Shown: piece after piece, positions 9,011 to 18,140 of the stretch
How the letters are laid out: every line of letters begins with the position of its first letter
Numbering within the stretch: position 1 is the stretch's first letter
NCBI GenBank assembly: GCA_029879725.1
Contig: JAOUPR010000001.1
Location: 3,324 to 67,323, forward strand
Reading direction: 5' to 3'
DNA: 64,000 nt
Source of the DNA: Gemmatimonadota bacterium
Lineage (GTDB): Bacteria; Gemmatimonadota; Gemmatimonadetes; Longimicrobiales; Gaopeijiaceae
Position numbers and translations under genes: made by a program
Notes under the pieces: generated by a model
Databases searched by the model: none
Seen by the model: the letters and a program-made list of their open reading frames with translations, nothing else
What the model was told of the DNA's origin: nothing

Positions 9011-11230
9011 CTACATCCGCATCAGGTAGGTGATCTTCATGACCGCGCCGCGGTCCCGGACGTTCCACAGGCGCGTGTCGTCCCCCCGGCCTTCGGTGAA
9101 CACCAGGTAGAGATCGCTCCCCGGCCTGTGGATGAAATTGAGACGCAGGTTCGTGGAGACGGTTCCGTCCAGGCGGTTGTACTGGGCCAGCAGGTTCGTG
9201 GTGAGCCGGGTGGAGAAGGAGTAGGATAAGCGCATGGACGCGATGTCCGCCGAAAGGGATCCGGAGGGCACGTCCACGGCGTTCCACGTATACCCCAGAG
9301 CGAGGGCGACCTGGGGAGACGGAGCCACGTTGAGCGTCCCGCCCACGCTCCCGAGCGTGCCGCCGTAGTAGTTGCTGAACATCCCCATGGACTCCACGTA
9401 CACCCACCGGCTGCGCGCGGTGGAGGCGATCCACCCGATGTGGTCGTTGCGGTACCGGCCGGGATCCACCCACAGGGAATCCAGGAGGTCGACGCCCTCG
9501 TCGATGTCCACCTCCGCCGCGTTCAGGAAGAAGGCGATCTCGTCTCCGCTCTCCCATACGGGGTTGAATCCCGGACCCGCCTGCCAATCCTCCATGCGCC
9601 CGTCCATGGCGGTGACGACGCGGCCACCGAACCACATGTCGATGCGCCGGAGTCCCAGTGCGGTGGGACGCCAACGTCGCCGTCCGTACAGATCGGACCA
9701 GCGCACACCATCGCGCGTGATGAACCCCGCGGCCGCCCGGGCGCTGTCGCTGACCACGAGGTGGCTGGCGATGACCCCCCACCGTTCGCCCTGATAGTTC
9801 ACCCCGGCGCGGTAGGCATGACCGGTCGCCTCCGATCCCGAGGCGAAGGTCGAGGCGGCGAAACCATCCACCACCCACGCCCCTCCCAGGACGAACTGAC
9901 CATCCACCCCGGCGGCCGTGCTCCAGGCCCCCCCGCCCCGGCGATCGGTCACCATGGCCCCGACGTAGTTGCTCTCCCCCACGTCGCGCTTGATCCGGGC
10001 CGCGGAGAAGTTCTCCCTGGGAAGCCCGTAGGCGGAGTCGGTGACGATATCGAGGAACCCCACGGTCTGTGAGCCCACCCTCCCCGTGAGGCGCGTGCCC
10101 GCCAGGATGGGAACCTCGCCTTCGTCTTCGTCGATCCCGATGCGACGGCTGAAGAGCATGAGGAAGGGCGGCGGCTCGTAGGCGTTCCCGGGCACACCGA
10201 ATTCGAACACCCCGGAGTTCTCGAGAAAGAAGTCCCGCTTTTCCGGAACGAAGAGGTCGAACCGGGTCAGGTTGACCTGCTCGTCGTCCACCTCGACCTG
10301 TGCGAAATCCGTGTTCACGGTCACGTCGAGCACGAGGCCGGGACGCAACTCGGTCTTCAGGTCCAGGCCCACCTCCCGCGTCCCCTCAGCCACGAGAACG
10401 CCCGCGTCGTTGGCTTCCTGCCGGCGCCCGCCGAGAAGGAAGGGCTTGGCTTCCAGGTTCAAGCCGGCCCGGGGGAGGTCGGCCAGCCCGGTCAGGTGGC
10501 CGGCCCGGCTGACCCGCTCGAATCCCTCTCCCTCCCGCCCCCAGGACCGCCAGAGGGTTTCTTCGTTCTTCCTCCGGATCACGCGAAACACGTTGATCCC
10601 CCAGGGCTGGTCGAGGGCGCCGTCCGGGTAGCGCAGGGTACGCCAGGGGATGGCCATCTCCGCGCTCCACCCCTGCGGGTGGCGGGTTCCGGCCACCTCC
10701 CAGACGCCGCGCCAGTCCAGGTTCACCTCGCTCCCCTCGTCGGTGAGGAGCGCCTCGAACTCGGCCCCGTTGGGATTGGTGGCGAAGACGACCGCGTTGC
10801 GGTGGTCGTGGAAGGGGTCGAGGAGTACGGCGACGGCGTCGTCCCCCGCGAACTGGAGCTTCCCGGAGAAGCCCTCCACCTGCAGGAGCTTGTCACGCTG
10901 GAGGATCCGCGCCACGACCCGGTCCGGATCGGAATCGTAGGCCATGATCCCGATGTAGAGGGCGTCGTCGTCGTAGACGATGCGCACCTCCGTCCTTTCC
11001 GTGGCGGGCCCACCCTCCTGCGGCTCCCTTTGGCGGAAATCGCCCATCACGGAGGCCCGGCTCCACGCGTCTTCCGAGAGCAGGCCGTCCACCCGGATCA
11101 CGTTGCCGTCCTGGGGGGGAAGGTGATACGCCCGCACCGAGTCGCCGGTGACCTGCGCGCCCGACACCCCCGGCATCATGGAGCAGAGCAGGGCGGCGAC
11201 CAGGAACGGTCCACGATGCGACCTCCTCAT
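9011..11230 (-). CDS. DUF5916-family secreted protein (CBM9-like N-domain plus large beta-rich C-domain; outer-membrane associated)
   Basis: ORF 9011..11269 trimmed to MRRSHRGPFLVAALLCSMMPGVSGAQ (signal peptide); 739 aa; composition and C-terminal ...VMKITYLMRM resemble the DUF5916 hydrolase-like family of Bacteroidota/Gemmatimonadota. Confidence 0.65.
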   Translation of the reverse strand: MRRSHRGPFLVAALLCSMMPGVSGAQVTGDSVRAYHLPPQDGNVIRVDGLLSEDAWSRASVMGDFRQREPQEGGPATERTEVRIVYDDDALYIGIMAYDSDPDRVVARILQRDKLLQVEGFSGKLQFAGDDAVAVLLDPFHDHRNAVVFATNPNGAEFEALLTDEGSEVNLDWRGVWEVAGTRHPQGWSAEMAIPWRTLRYPDGALDQPWGINVFRVIRRKNEETLWRSWGREGEGFERVSRAGHLTGLADLPRAGLNLEAKPFLLGGRRQEANDAGVLVAEGTREVGLDLKTELRPGLVLDVTVNTDFAQVEVDDEQVNLTRFDLFVPEKRDFFLENSGVFEFGVPGNAYEPPPFLMLFSRRIGIDEDEGEVPILAGTRLTGRVGSQTVGFLDIVTDSAYGLPRENFSAARIKRDVGESNYVGAMVTDRRGGGAWSTAAGVDGQFVLGGAWVVDGFAASTFASGSEATGHAYRAGVNYQGERWGVIASHLVVSDSARAAAGFITRDGVRWSDLYGRRRWRPTALGLRRIDMWFGGRVVTAMDGRMEDWQAGPGFNPVWESGDEIAFFLNAAEVDIDEGVDLLDSLWVDPGRYRNDHIGWIASTARSRWVYVESMGMFSNYYGGTLGSVGGTLNVAPSPQVALALGYTWNAVDVPSGSLSADIASMRLSYSFSTRLTTNLLAQYNRLDGTVSTNLRLNFIHRPGSDLYLVFTEGRGDDTRLWNVRDRGAVMKITYLMRM

Positions 11231-11269
11231 GGCATCGGCCCGACGACCCACCATCGCTTCGTCCTCCAC

Positions 11270-11734
11270 CTACTCGTCCAGTGACACCGGGTCTCCCACC
11301 CGCACCTCGCCGTCGTCGAGCACCACCCCGTAGACGCCGCCCCGCCAGTGGGGATCCAGGGCCGCGGTGAGGCCGGGGCACTGCTCGTCCATCCGTTCGC
11401 AGGGGCGCGTCTCACCCTCGATGCGGATCCGCACGGGCCCCATGCGCAGGATCCGACCACGGGTGCCCTCCAGCCGTATCCCGCTCACCATGACGTTGGC
11501 TCTCCGCATCACGGGCCGGGCGTCGGGCAGTGTCTTCCCCACCTCGTCGAACGTCTCCTTCTCGATGACGGTGACCTGCCGTCTCCCCCGCTGGTCGGCG
11601 CTCCCCACGATCCCCTTCTCGGCCACGCACTCCACCGACGACGCCGAATCCATGGGACCCCGGTGCGCCCGCTTCACCCACATCTCCTCTACCACGGCCA
11701 TCCGTCCTCCACCCGGTTGAATGTGCCCCACCAT
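11270..11734 (-). CDS. MOSC domain-containing protein (YiiM-like)
   Basis: ORF 11270..11857 trimmed to MVGHIQPGGGR... (GGAGG RBS 10 nt upstream; alternative start MAVVEE at 11701); MOSC core with conserved Cys (ETRPCERMDEQCPG); stop lies 40 nt upstream of the DUF5916 start. Confidence 0.7.
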   Translation of the reverse strand: MVGHIQPGGGRMAVVEEMWVKRAHRGPMDSASSVECVAEKGIVGSADQRGRRQVTVIEKETFDEVGKTLPDARPVMRRANVMVSGIRLEGTRGRILRMGPVRIRIEGETRPCERMDEQCPGLTAALDPHWRGGVYGVVLDDGEVRVGDPVSLDE

Positions 11735-11810
11735 TGATACGGCACCTCCCCCGCCGCAAGGAAAATCACGAGGCTTGCCTGGCTGCCCGTCCGGATGAAC
11801 CTTCCGCCCC

Positions 11811-12278
11811 ATGAAGGAGTCGCTTGTCGAAGCGTGGAGGACCAACCACCGGATCAACCTTCTCCTCCTGGAGAAGATCTCCGGCGAAGGGTTGGCGTGT
11901 ACCCTGTCGAAGCGGGGTGGCCGGGACGTGGCGCGTCAGTTCGCGCACATGCACGACGTCCGCCTCCACCACATGGAGAAGCGAGCCCCCGATCTCGCCC
12001 CGGGGTTGGTGAAGTTCGCCTCCAAGGACCCGCCGGAGCGGGAAGCCCTGGTGGCCGCCCACGAAGCGTCGACCGCGGCCGTCGAGACGTTCCTGGTGGA
12101 CGTACTCGAAGGCGCGCCCCGCCGCCGGGGCTTCCGGAAGGGGATCTTCACCACGCTCGCGTATTTCATCGCACACGAGAGCCACCATCGCGGCAGCATC
12201 CTCCTGACGCTGAAGGAATGCGGTCACAAGGTGGACAACACCATCGCCTACGCGATCTGGGACTGGGACCGGAGATGA
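11811..12278 (+). CDS. DinB/YfiT-like (DinB_2) metal-dependent four-helix-bundle protein
   Basis: 155-aa ORF; conserved His pattern (QFAHMHDVRLHH...IAHESHHRGSI) typical of the DinB superfamily. Confidence 0.7.
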   Translation: MKESLVEAWRTNHRINLLLLEKISGEGLACTLSKRGGRDVARQFAHMHDVRLHHMEKRAPDLAPGLVKFASKDPPEREALVAAHEASTAAVETFLVDVLEGAPRRRGFRKGIFTTLAYFIAHESHHRGSILLTLKECGHKVDNTIAYAIWDWDRR

Positions 12279-12351
12279 ACCACCCACGCACGCTGGCGCC
12301 CGTCGTTCTCGTCGTCGCGTCCACGGCCACGCCCACCTGGAGGAGTCCCCC

Positions 12352-12783
12352 GTGAACAAGGTCACGCCCATCATGACCGTCGCGGAGATCGAGCCCTGTC
12401 TCCCCTTCTGGACCGACGCTCTGGGCTTCGAGATCACCGCCACCGTCCCCCACGAGGGGCGGATCGGCTTCGCCATGCTCCAGCGCGGCAACGTGGAGCT
12501 CATGTACCAGTCGAGCGCCAGCGTCGAGGCCGATCTGGGCCCCTCCGGCGCCGCCAGTGGATTTCCGGGGCTGGTCGACGAGCTGGGGGGCAGCACGACC
12601 ACGCTGTTCGTGGAGGTGGACGCGCTGGATCCCATCATCGATGCGATGGTGGGAAGCGGAGCCGTCGTGGTCGTTCCCCGCCGGCAGACGTTCTACGGGA
12701 TGGACGAGATCTTCGTGAAGGCCCCGTGCGGAACGCTGGTGGGGTTCGCGGCGCGCGTGGAGGAGGGTGTCGGCGAAGGGTGA
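12352..12783 (+). CDS. VOC (glyoxalase/bleomycin-resistance) family protein
   Basis: 143-aa ORF from GTG 12352 (GGAGGAG RBS 6 nt upstream); paired beta-alpha-beta-beta-beta VOC modules (MTVAEIEPCLPFWTDALGFEI...). Confidence 0.75.
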   Translation: MNKVTPIMTVAEIEPCLPFWTDALGFEITATVPHEGRIGFAMLQRGNVELMYQSSASVEADLGPSGAASGFPGLVDELGGSTTTLFVEVDALDPIIDAMVGSGAVVVVPRRQTFYGMDEIFVKAPCGTLVGFAARVEEGVGEG

Positions 12784-12794
12784 GCCACCCCCCG

Positions 12795-13586
12795 TCAGCA
12801 ACCGACGCAGTACGCAGGGTCCCACGTGCACACGACCCTGCGATCGAACCTCAGGTATACGCTCCCCAACCGCATCCGATCGCCCTCCGCGAGACCCACC
12901 CCGACCCCGCACCGTTGGTCGGCGCGCATCCGTGCGTGACCCAGGACCACCCGCCACCCCTCATGCCTGAGGTACTCGTACGCATACACCTCCAGCGGCT
13001 CCCGGACCTCGACTCCCGCGGGCAAGGCGACGCCCAGTTCCTCCAGGGACTGCGCATAGCGCCCTCGCTCCACCATGAAGGTGTCCTGGGCCGCCACGAG
13101 CCGTGCCATCGCCACGCGCGTGGCCCGAGCCCCTTCGAGGTCGGGCATCCGGCGGGCCGGCTCCGCGTCCCACGTGCATACCACCGTGTCCGGAATCTCC
13201 ACCACGAACCCTCCGGGAAGCGTGGCCGACTCCTGACGTCCGCCGAATACTGCGCATCGCTGATCGACGCCCAACTCCAGAAGGTACCCGCTGGCCACCC
13301 ACGAATCGACGGATGCCGCCACTTCCACCACGACGCCTTGCTCGTGTGAGTCGGCGATCCCCAGCACCGACGGCTCGTAGGCGTACGCGCCCGACACGCG
13401 GAAACGGTGGTCTTCCTCCCGCGCTACTCGTTCCATGATCTGCCGGAGTTCCCGCCGTGGACTCGTCTCGGAGGGAATGTTCCGATCGCAACAGGACACG
13501 GCGATGGAAGACACCAACCCGACGTACAGGAGACTCCGTCCCGCGGTTCCGCTGGCCACTGCGCGACTCCGGGCAACGTGTGACAT
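12795..13586 (-). CDS. Hypothetical lipoprotein with an internal duplicated VVCTWD motif
   Basis: 263-aa ORF; hydrophobic N-terminus ending SIAVSCC (lipobox-like); motif VVCTWD occurs twice; noticeably more A/T-ending codons than neighbouring genes; no recognisable family. Confidence 0.4.
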   Translation of the reverse strand: MSHVARSRAVASGTAGRSLLYVGLVSSIAVSCCDRNIPSETSPRRELRQIMERVAREEDHRFRVSGAYAYEPSVLGIADSHEQGVVVEVAASVDSWVASGYLLELGVDQRCAVFGGRQESATLPGGFVVEIPDTVVCTWDAEPARRMPDLEGARATRVAMARLVAAQDTFMVERGRYAQSLEELGVALPAGVEVREPLEVYAYEYLRHEGWRVVLGHARMRADQRCGVGVGLAEGDRMRLGSVYLRFDRRVVCTWDPAYCVGC

Positions 13587-13729
13587 GGATGGTCCCGACC
13601 GACTCCCCGCGCGTCGGGGACTGCGGTTAGAGTACGATCAGCGTCCATGCTCCGGCAAACACGGAGTGGGTTCGCGTCCCGCGATCCTCTACCTCCACGG
13701 GCACCACCTCCATAGGTTGTCCCTCCACC

Positions 13730-14317
13730 ATGCATGATCCATCGATCCCCCCGTCCGAAATCCGGACCGCCCGTCTCCTTCTCCGGTGCTGGAGCCCCGA
13801 GGACGCGCCCCGCTTCAAGGCGGCGTTGGACGCCAGCCTGGCGGAAGTGGCGCGCTGGATACCGTGGGCCAGAAAGGAACCCTCTCCGCTCGCGGACATC
13901 GTGGCGCGTCTCGAAGGGTTCCGGGCGGACTTCCACGGGGGGCGCAACGCCCTCTACGCCATGACGGACCCGGCCGGCGACGACGTCCTGGGGGGAATCG
14001 GGTTGTACCGGCGGGTGGGGCCCGGACGCATCGAGATCGGCTACTGGGTCCGCACGGACCAGGCCGGGAAGGGGCTCGCCACCGAGGCCGCCACGGCCCT
14101 GACCCGCGTCGCCTTCACCCTGGAGGGGATCGACGCGGTGGAGATCCGGTGCGACGTCGCCAACGAGCCCAGCAACGCCATCCCCCGGAAGCTGGCGTAC
14201 CGGCACGCCCGCACCATCGAGGAAGACCCCGACCCCGACGCTGATGGGAGGGTCCGCCGAACGGTGATATGGGAGCTGACCCGGGAGGAGTTCGAGACGT
14301 GGCCGGCGGACGGATGA
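13730..14317 (+). CDS. GNAT family N-acetyltransferase (RimJ/RimL-like)
   Basis: 195-aa ORF; acetyl-CoA binding region VRTDQAGKGLATEAATALTRVAF and typical GNAT fold order. Confidence 0.8.
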   Translation: MHDPSIPPSEIRTARLLLRCWSPEDAPRFKAALDASLAEVARWIPWARKEPSPLADIVARLEGFRADFHGGRNALYAMTDPAGDDVLGGIGLYRRVGPGRIEIGYWVRTDQAGKGLATEAATALTRVAFTLEGIDAVEIRCDVANEPSNAIPRKLAYRHARTIEEDPDPDADGRVRRTVIWELTREEFETWPADG

Positions 14318-14450
14318 GCCACGGTTCGATACGGTGCCCTTCGCCGCGGTGAGCCGGGAGCGTACCGTGCCGTCCTTGCCCGGGTCCGGCCGTCCGCCTA
14401 CCCTCACCCGGAACGTCACCCACCTCTCCTCCGTGAGCCAGGAGGCTTCC

Positions 14451-15551
14451 ATGACCCCGCGACCCTCCCCCTTCGCCCTCCTCACCGTGCTCGCGCTCTG
14501 CGCCCCGGCGCCGTCCGCCGAATCCCAGGAGATGGGCTTCGAGGAGTACGACCCGCCCTCGACGCTGAAGGTGCCGGAGACCCTGGTCACTTCGGCCCGG
14601 TTCCCCTTCGTGGACATCCACAACCACCTCCGGGGAGATCTCACGCCGGATCGGGTGGATGCCATCGTGGCGGAGATGGATGCGCTGAACATGGCGGTGT
14701 TCGTCAACCTCTCCGGCGGTACGGGCGCACGCCTGCGGACCACCGTGGAGGCGCTCAAGGGCCGCCACCCCGACCGCTTCGTCGTGTTCGCGAACCCCTC
14801 CTTCGAGGACATCGACGACCCCGGCTATCCGCAGCGGGCCGCGGACCGCCTGGAGGAGGACTTCCGCAATGGCGCCCAGGGGCTGAAGATCTTCAAGAAT
14901 CTGGGGATGTCGGTGTTCGACGCAGCGGGCAACCGCGTTCCGGTGGACGATCCCCGCCTCGACCCCATGTGGGCCAAGGCCGGAGAGTTGGGGATTCCCG
15001 TCCTCATCCACACCGCCGATCCGGCTCCGTTCTGGGAGCCCCACGACGCGGAAAACGAGCGGTGGCTGGAGCTCAAGCAGTTTCCCGGCCGCAAGCGCGA
15101 CGGTGAGCCCACCTGGGAGCAGCTCATCGACGAACAGACCAACGTCTTCCGCAAACATCCGGAAACGACGTTCATCGCCGCCCACTTCATGTGGATGGCG
15201 AACGACCTGGAGCGCCTGGGGCGGGTGCTCGACGAACTCCCGAACGTGTACACCGAGCTGGGGGCCATCATCTACGAGCCCGGCCGCCAACCGCGCTTCG
15301 CGGCACGCTTCTTCGAGCGGTACCAGGACCGCATCCTCATGGGGAAGGACGTGTGGGAGCCCAGCGAATACTCGGTGTACTTCCGCGTTCTGGAGACCGA
15401 CGACGAGTACTTCGACTACTACAGGCGGCGCCACGCCTTCTGGAAGATGTACGGACTGGACCTTCCCGACGACATCCTGCGGAAGGTCTACTACGAGAAC
15501 GCCCGCCGGATCGTGCCGGGGCTCGATCCCGCCGTCTTCCCGGGGAATTGA
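14451..15551 (+). CDS. Secreted amidohydrolase-2 family metal-dependent (TIM-barrel) hydrolase
   Basis: ORF 14334..15551 trimmed to ATG 14451 (GGAGG RBS 5 nt upstream) giving signal peptide MTPRPSPFALLTVLALCAPAPSA; HxH metal motif FVDIHNHL, later LIHTAD and AAHFMW consistent with amidohydrolase_2. Confidence 0.8.
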   Translation: MTPRPSPFALLTVLALCAPAPSAESQEMGFEEYDPPSTLKVPETLVTSARFPFVDIHNHLRGDLTPDRVDAIVAEMDALNMAVFVNLSGGTGARLRTTVEALKGRHPDRFVVFANPSFEDIDDPGYPQRAADRLEEDFRNGAQGLKIFKNLGMSVFDAAGNRVPVDDPRLDPMWAKAGELGIPVLIHTADPAPFWEPHDAENERWLELKQFPGRKRDGEPTWEQLIDEQTNVFRKHPETTFIAAHFMWMANDLERLGRVLDELPNVYTELGAIIYEPGRQPRFAARFFERYQDRILMGKDVWEPSEYSVYFRVLETDDEYFDYYRRRHAFWKMYGLDLPDDILRKVYYENARRIVPGLDPAVFPGN

Positions 15552-15600
15552 GCGGGTGACCGGCCCGGAGGCCGGTCGGCTCCATCACTCCGTCCGGAGA

Positions 15601-15744
15601 TCAGTTCTCCCTGAGGGTCCGCCGTAGCCCCGTGCGTACCACGAGGATCAGGGCCAGCATGGAGAGGGGAAGCGCGGCGACGAGGATGAGTCCGGGGCCC
15701 ACGTGACCCCAGAGTGCGCCCATGAGGGCAATGGCCTGAGACAT
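15601..15744 (-). CDS. Possible small single-TM membrane protein (47 aa)
   Basis: MSQAIALMGALWGHVGPGLILVAALPLSMLALILVVRTGLRRTLREN; weak RBS; sits in an otherwise unexplained 270-nt gap. Confidence 0.2.
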   Translation of the reverse strand: MSQAIALMGALWGHVGPGLILVAALPLSMLALILVVRTGLRRTLREN

Positions 15745-15821
15745 GATGCGTTCCTGCTATCTATGTAGAAACCGGAGAAACTCCGGGTGAACGTCCTGCG
15801 GGTGAATCCCGCACAACGACA

Positions 15822-17477
15822 TTATCGGATCGATGGGTCGAAAACAGTAGGGGGATCTCCCCTGTCGACGCCGGATCCCTTCCCCGACGCGATGTCGTCC
15901 GCCCGGTGGGCCGCCCGGGGAGCGAAGGACAGCGCGAGTTCGCGGAAGAATTCGGCCTTCCCCCGGTCGCCGCGGTCGCGCGCTGCCCGGCTCAGGACGC
16001 GGAGGACGTCGGCGTCGAAGGGGAGTTCCTCCCCGTTGCCGTACCTCTCCCAGGCATGACTCCGGGCCACCGCCAGGGTGGCCTCGGCGAACACGTTGTC
16101 CGGGGCGATGGCGATGGCCCTGTCGAGCGATCGGATCGCCGGTCCCAGGTCTCCCCGGCGGAGGAGTTCCTCACCCAGTTTGTGGTGGGCCTTGGTGGAC
16201 CGGGGAGCCCAGCGAGCGGCCCAGCGGAAGAGGGAGACGTCGTCGGACCAGGCGGACGAGTACCGGGCGGTCTGGAGCGCGAGGCCCGCCCCCACCACCA
16301 GTGCCGTCGCCGCCGCCACGCCCCGTCGCCGCGCCCACAGACCATGGCCCGCGAGCCCCGCGGTGAGAGAGAGTGCCACGCTCGGCAGATACAGGAGTCG
16401 TTCGCCGAAAATGGTACCCACCGCGACCACCAGGTTGGACGCGGGAAAGAGGGTGACCGCGTACCAACCCGCGAGAAGGAGAGGAAGGCTCACCCGCCTC
16501 CCGCTCCGCGCCACCACCCAGGCCACGGATCCCAGGATCAGGAGAGCGCCGACGAACCGGACGTCGGCCATGGAGCCGACCACGGGGAAGGCGTCGAAGG
16601 AATAGTCCGGCGACAGCCGCCACGGAACCGCCAACAGGCCGATCCCGTGGCCCACCACCGCCACGGCCGTCCCCACCCGCGCCCACGGGGACGCCGCCAC
16701 CAGGGGGTTGTCCAGGTAGGAGGTGCCCGGGATACCGAAACCGCCCGTCACGTGGAAGCGGGCTACGAGGAGGAGGAGGAGGACCGCAGCGTAGGCGGCG
16801 TACATGGCCCGTCCAGGCCGCCTCCCACCCCCCACCGACCCGTGGAGGTACAGGTCCTGGAGCGCCACCAGGGCGGGAGCCACCACGCCGACCTCCTTGG
16901 ACAGGGCCGCTCCTGCGAAGCACAGGGGCGCCAAGACCCACCCACGGCCCATGCGATCCAGCGCCCGGGCGTGGGCCAGCACCATCCCCAGGAGGAACAC
17001 GGCCGCCAGGAGATCCCTCCTGCCGAAGACGGCCGCCACCACCTCCACGTGCACCGGGTGCACGGCGAAGATCATGGCCCCCACCCCCGCCGCCACCACG
17101 GGGAGCCGCCACAGCCGTCCGACCTGGAACACCAGGATGGAGACGAAGGCATGAAGCCCCACGTTCGCGAGGTGGTAGCTCCAGGGCTCCAACCCGGAGA
17201 CGGCGTGGTTGACCAGGTAGCTCGAGATCGTGACGGGACGATAGAGGAACGTCTCCATCCCGCTCCCCTCCCACGCGGTGCTCGTGAAGATCGACGGGAG
17301 GGACCGCCACGACCGGATGAAGACGTTCCGCACGACTTCCATCTGATCGTCGTATACCCACCCGAAGGTGACGGTGCGGAGATACGTCAGCGCCGCCGTC
17401 GCTCCGACGGCTACCCGCCAGAGTCGGGGATCCTCCGGACGGGAGGGCGGGCGGTCATGGGGATCCGGACCGGGCAT
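15822..17477 (-). CDS. Polytopic membrane protein of the GT39/PMT-like (DUF1736) type with C-terminal TPR repeats
   Basis: ORF 15822..17774 trimmed to Met at 17477 (MPGPDPHDRPPSRPEDPRLWRVAVGATAALTYL); ~10 predicted TM helices followed by soluble TPR-like C-terminus (HHKLGEELLRRGDLGPAIRSLDRAIAIAPDN). Confidence 0.6.
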   Translation of the reverse strand: MPGPDPHDRPPSRPEDPRLWRVAVGATAALTYLRTVTFGWVYDDQMEVVRNVFIRSWRSLPSIFTSTAWEGSGMETFLYRPVTISSYLVNHAVSGLEPWSYHLANVGLHAFVSILVFQVGRLWRLPVVAAGVGAMIFAVHPVHVEVVAAVFGRRDLLAAVFLLGMVLAHARALDRMGRGWVLAPLCFAGAALSKEVGVVAPALVALQDLYLHGSVGGGRRPGRAMYAAYAAVLLLLLVARFHVTGGFGIPGTSYLDNPLVAASPWARVGTAVAVVGHGIGLLAVPWRLSPDYSFDAFPVVGSMADVRFVGALLILGSVAWVVARSGRRVSLPLLLAGWYAVTLFPASNLVVAVGTIFGERLLYLPSVALSLTAGLAGHGLWARRRGVAAATALVVGAGLALQTARYSSAWSDDVSLFRWAARWAPRSTKAHHKLGEELLRRGDLGPAIRSLDRAIAIAPDNVFAEATLAVARSHAWERYGNGEELPFDADVLRVLSRAARDRGDRGKAEFFRELALSFAPRAAHRADDIASGKGSGVDRGDPPTVFDPSIR

Positions 17478-17508
17478 GTCCCGCGTGCGCCGGGGATGCG
17501 CCCCGGGC

Positions 17509-18015
17509 TCAGTTCTCCGCGGTGGTGAAGGGATGCGGACCCCGGGGCTCCTCGCAACCCGGCCACGATTCGTGCTCCATGGCGATTCTCCACCTGCCGT
17601 CTTCTCCGCGGAGAACGAGCCGGGTCCAGAAGAGTGCGCCCGCCTCGCTGGACGCTCCCCTCTGGGTAACCACGGCCGCGTCGGGTCCGGCGACCTGGAC
17701 GCCGACGATCTCCTGCTCGAACACGACTTCGGGATGCGCCGCGTAGAAGGGAGCGACCGTGCCGGCGAAGGCACTCCCTCCCAGGATGAACTCGGTGCAT
17801 CCGAGGTAGGTGAAGTCCTCGGTCCTACCGTAGAACGCCAGGACTTCCTCCGCGTCGTGCGCGTTCATCGCCCGGGTCAGGTCCTGCATCACGCCGGTGA
17901 CCTCCGCGACGATGGCGTCCCGACCTTCCCGGGACGGGTATGCCCCCGGCGAGTCGCATCCGGCGACGGTCAATGCAGCCAGAGTGAGGGCGAAGATGGA
18001 GCGCGAGGCAGACAT
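17509..18015 (-). CDS. Lipoprotein with SnoaL-like/DUF4440 (NTF2-fold) domain
   Basis: ORF 17509..18531 trimmed to MSASRSIFALTLAALTVAGCDSP (lipobox VAGC); 168 aa; NTF2-like core. Confidence 0.55.
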   Translation of the reverse strand: MSASRSIFALTLAALTVAGCDSPGAYPSREGRDAIVAEVTGVMQDLTRAMNAHDAEEVLAFYGRTEDFTYLGCTEFILGGSAFAGTVAPFYAAHPEVVFEQEIVGVQVAGPDAAVVTQRGASSEAGALFWTRLVLRGEDGRWRIAMEHESWPGCEEPRGPHPFTTAEN

Positions 18016-18140
18016 ACGGTTCGGTCCGGTGTCGAAGGAGCGGATCCGGCACCGCGAGCACCCGCCCGAACCCGTTCCGGACAGGTGCCCCGGGCCGAGA
18101 GGCCACGATCCCGGAGGATCGTGACCCATGGACCCCCGGT

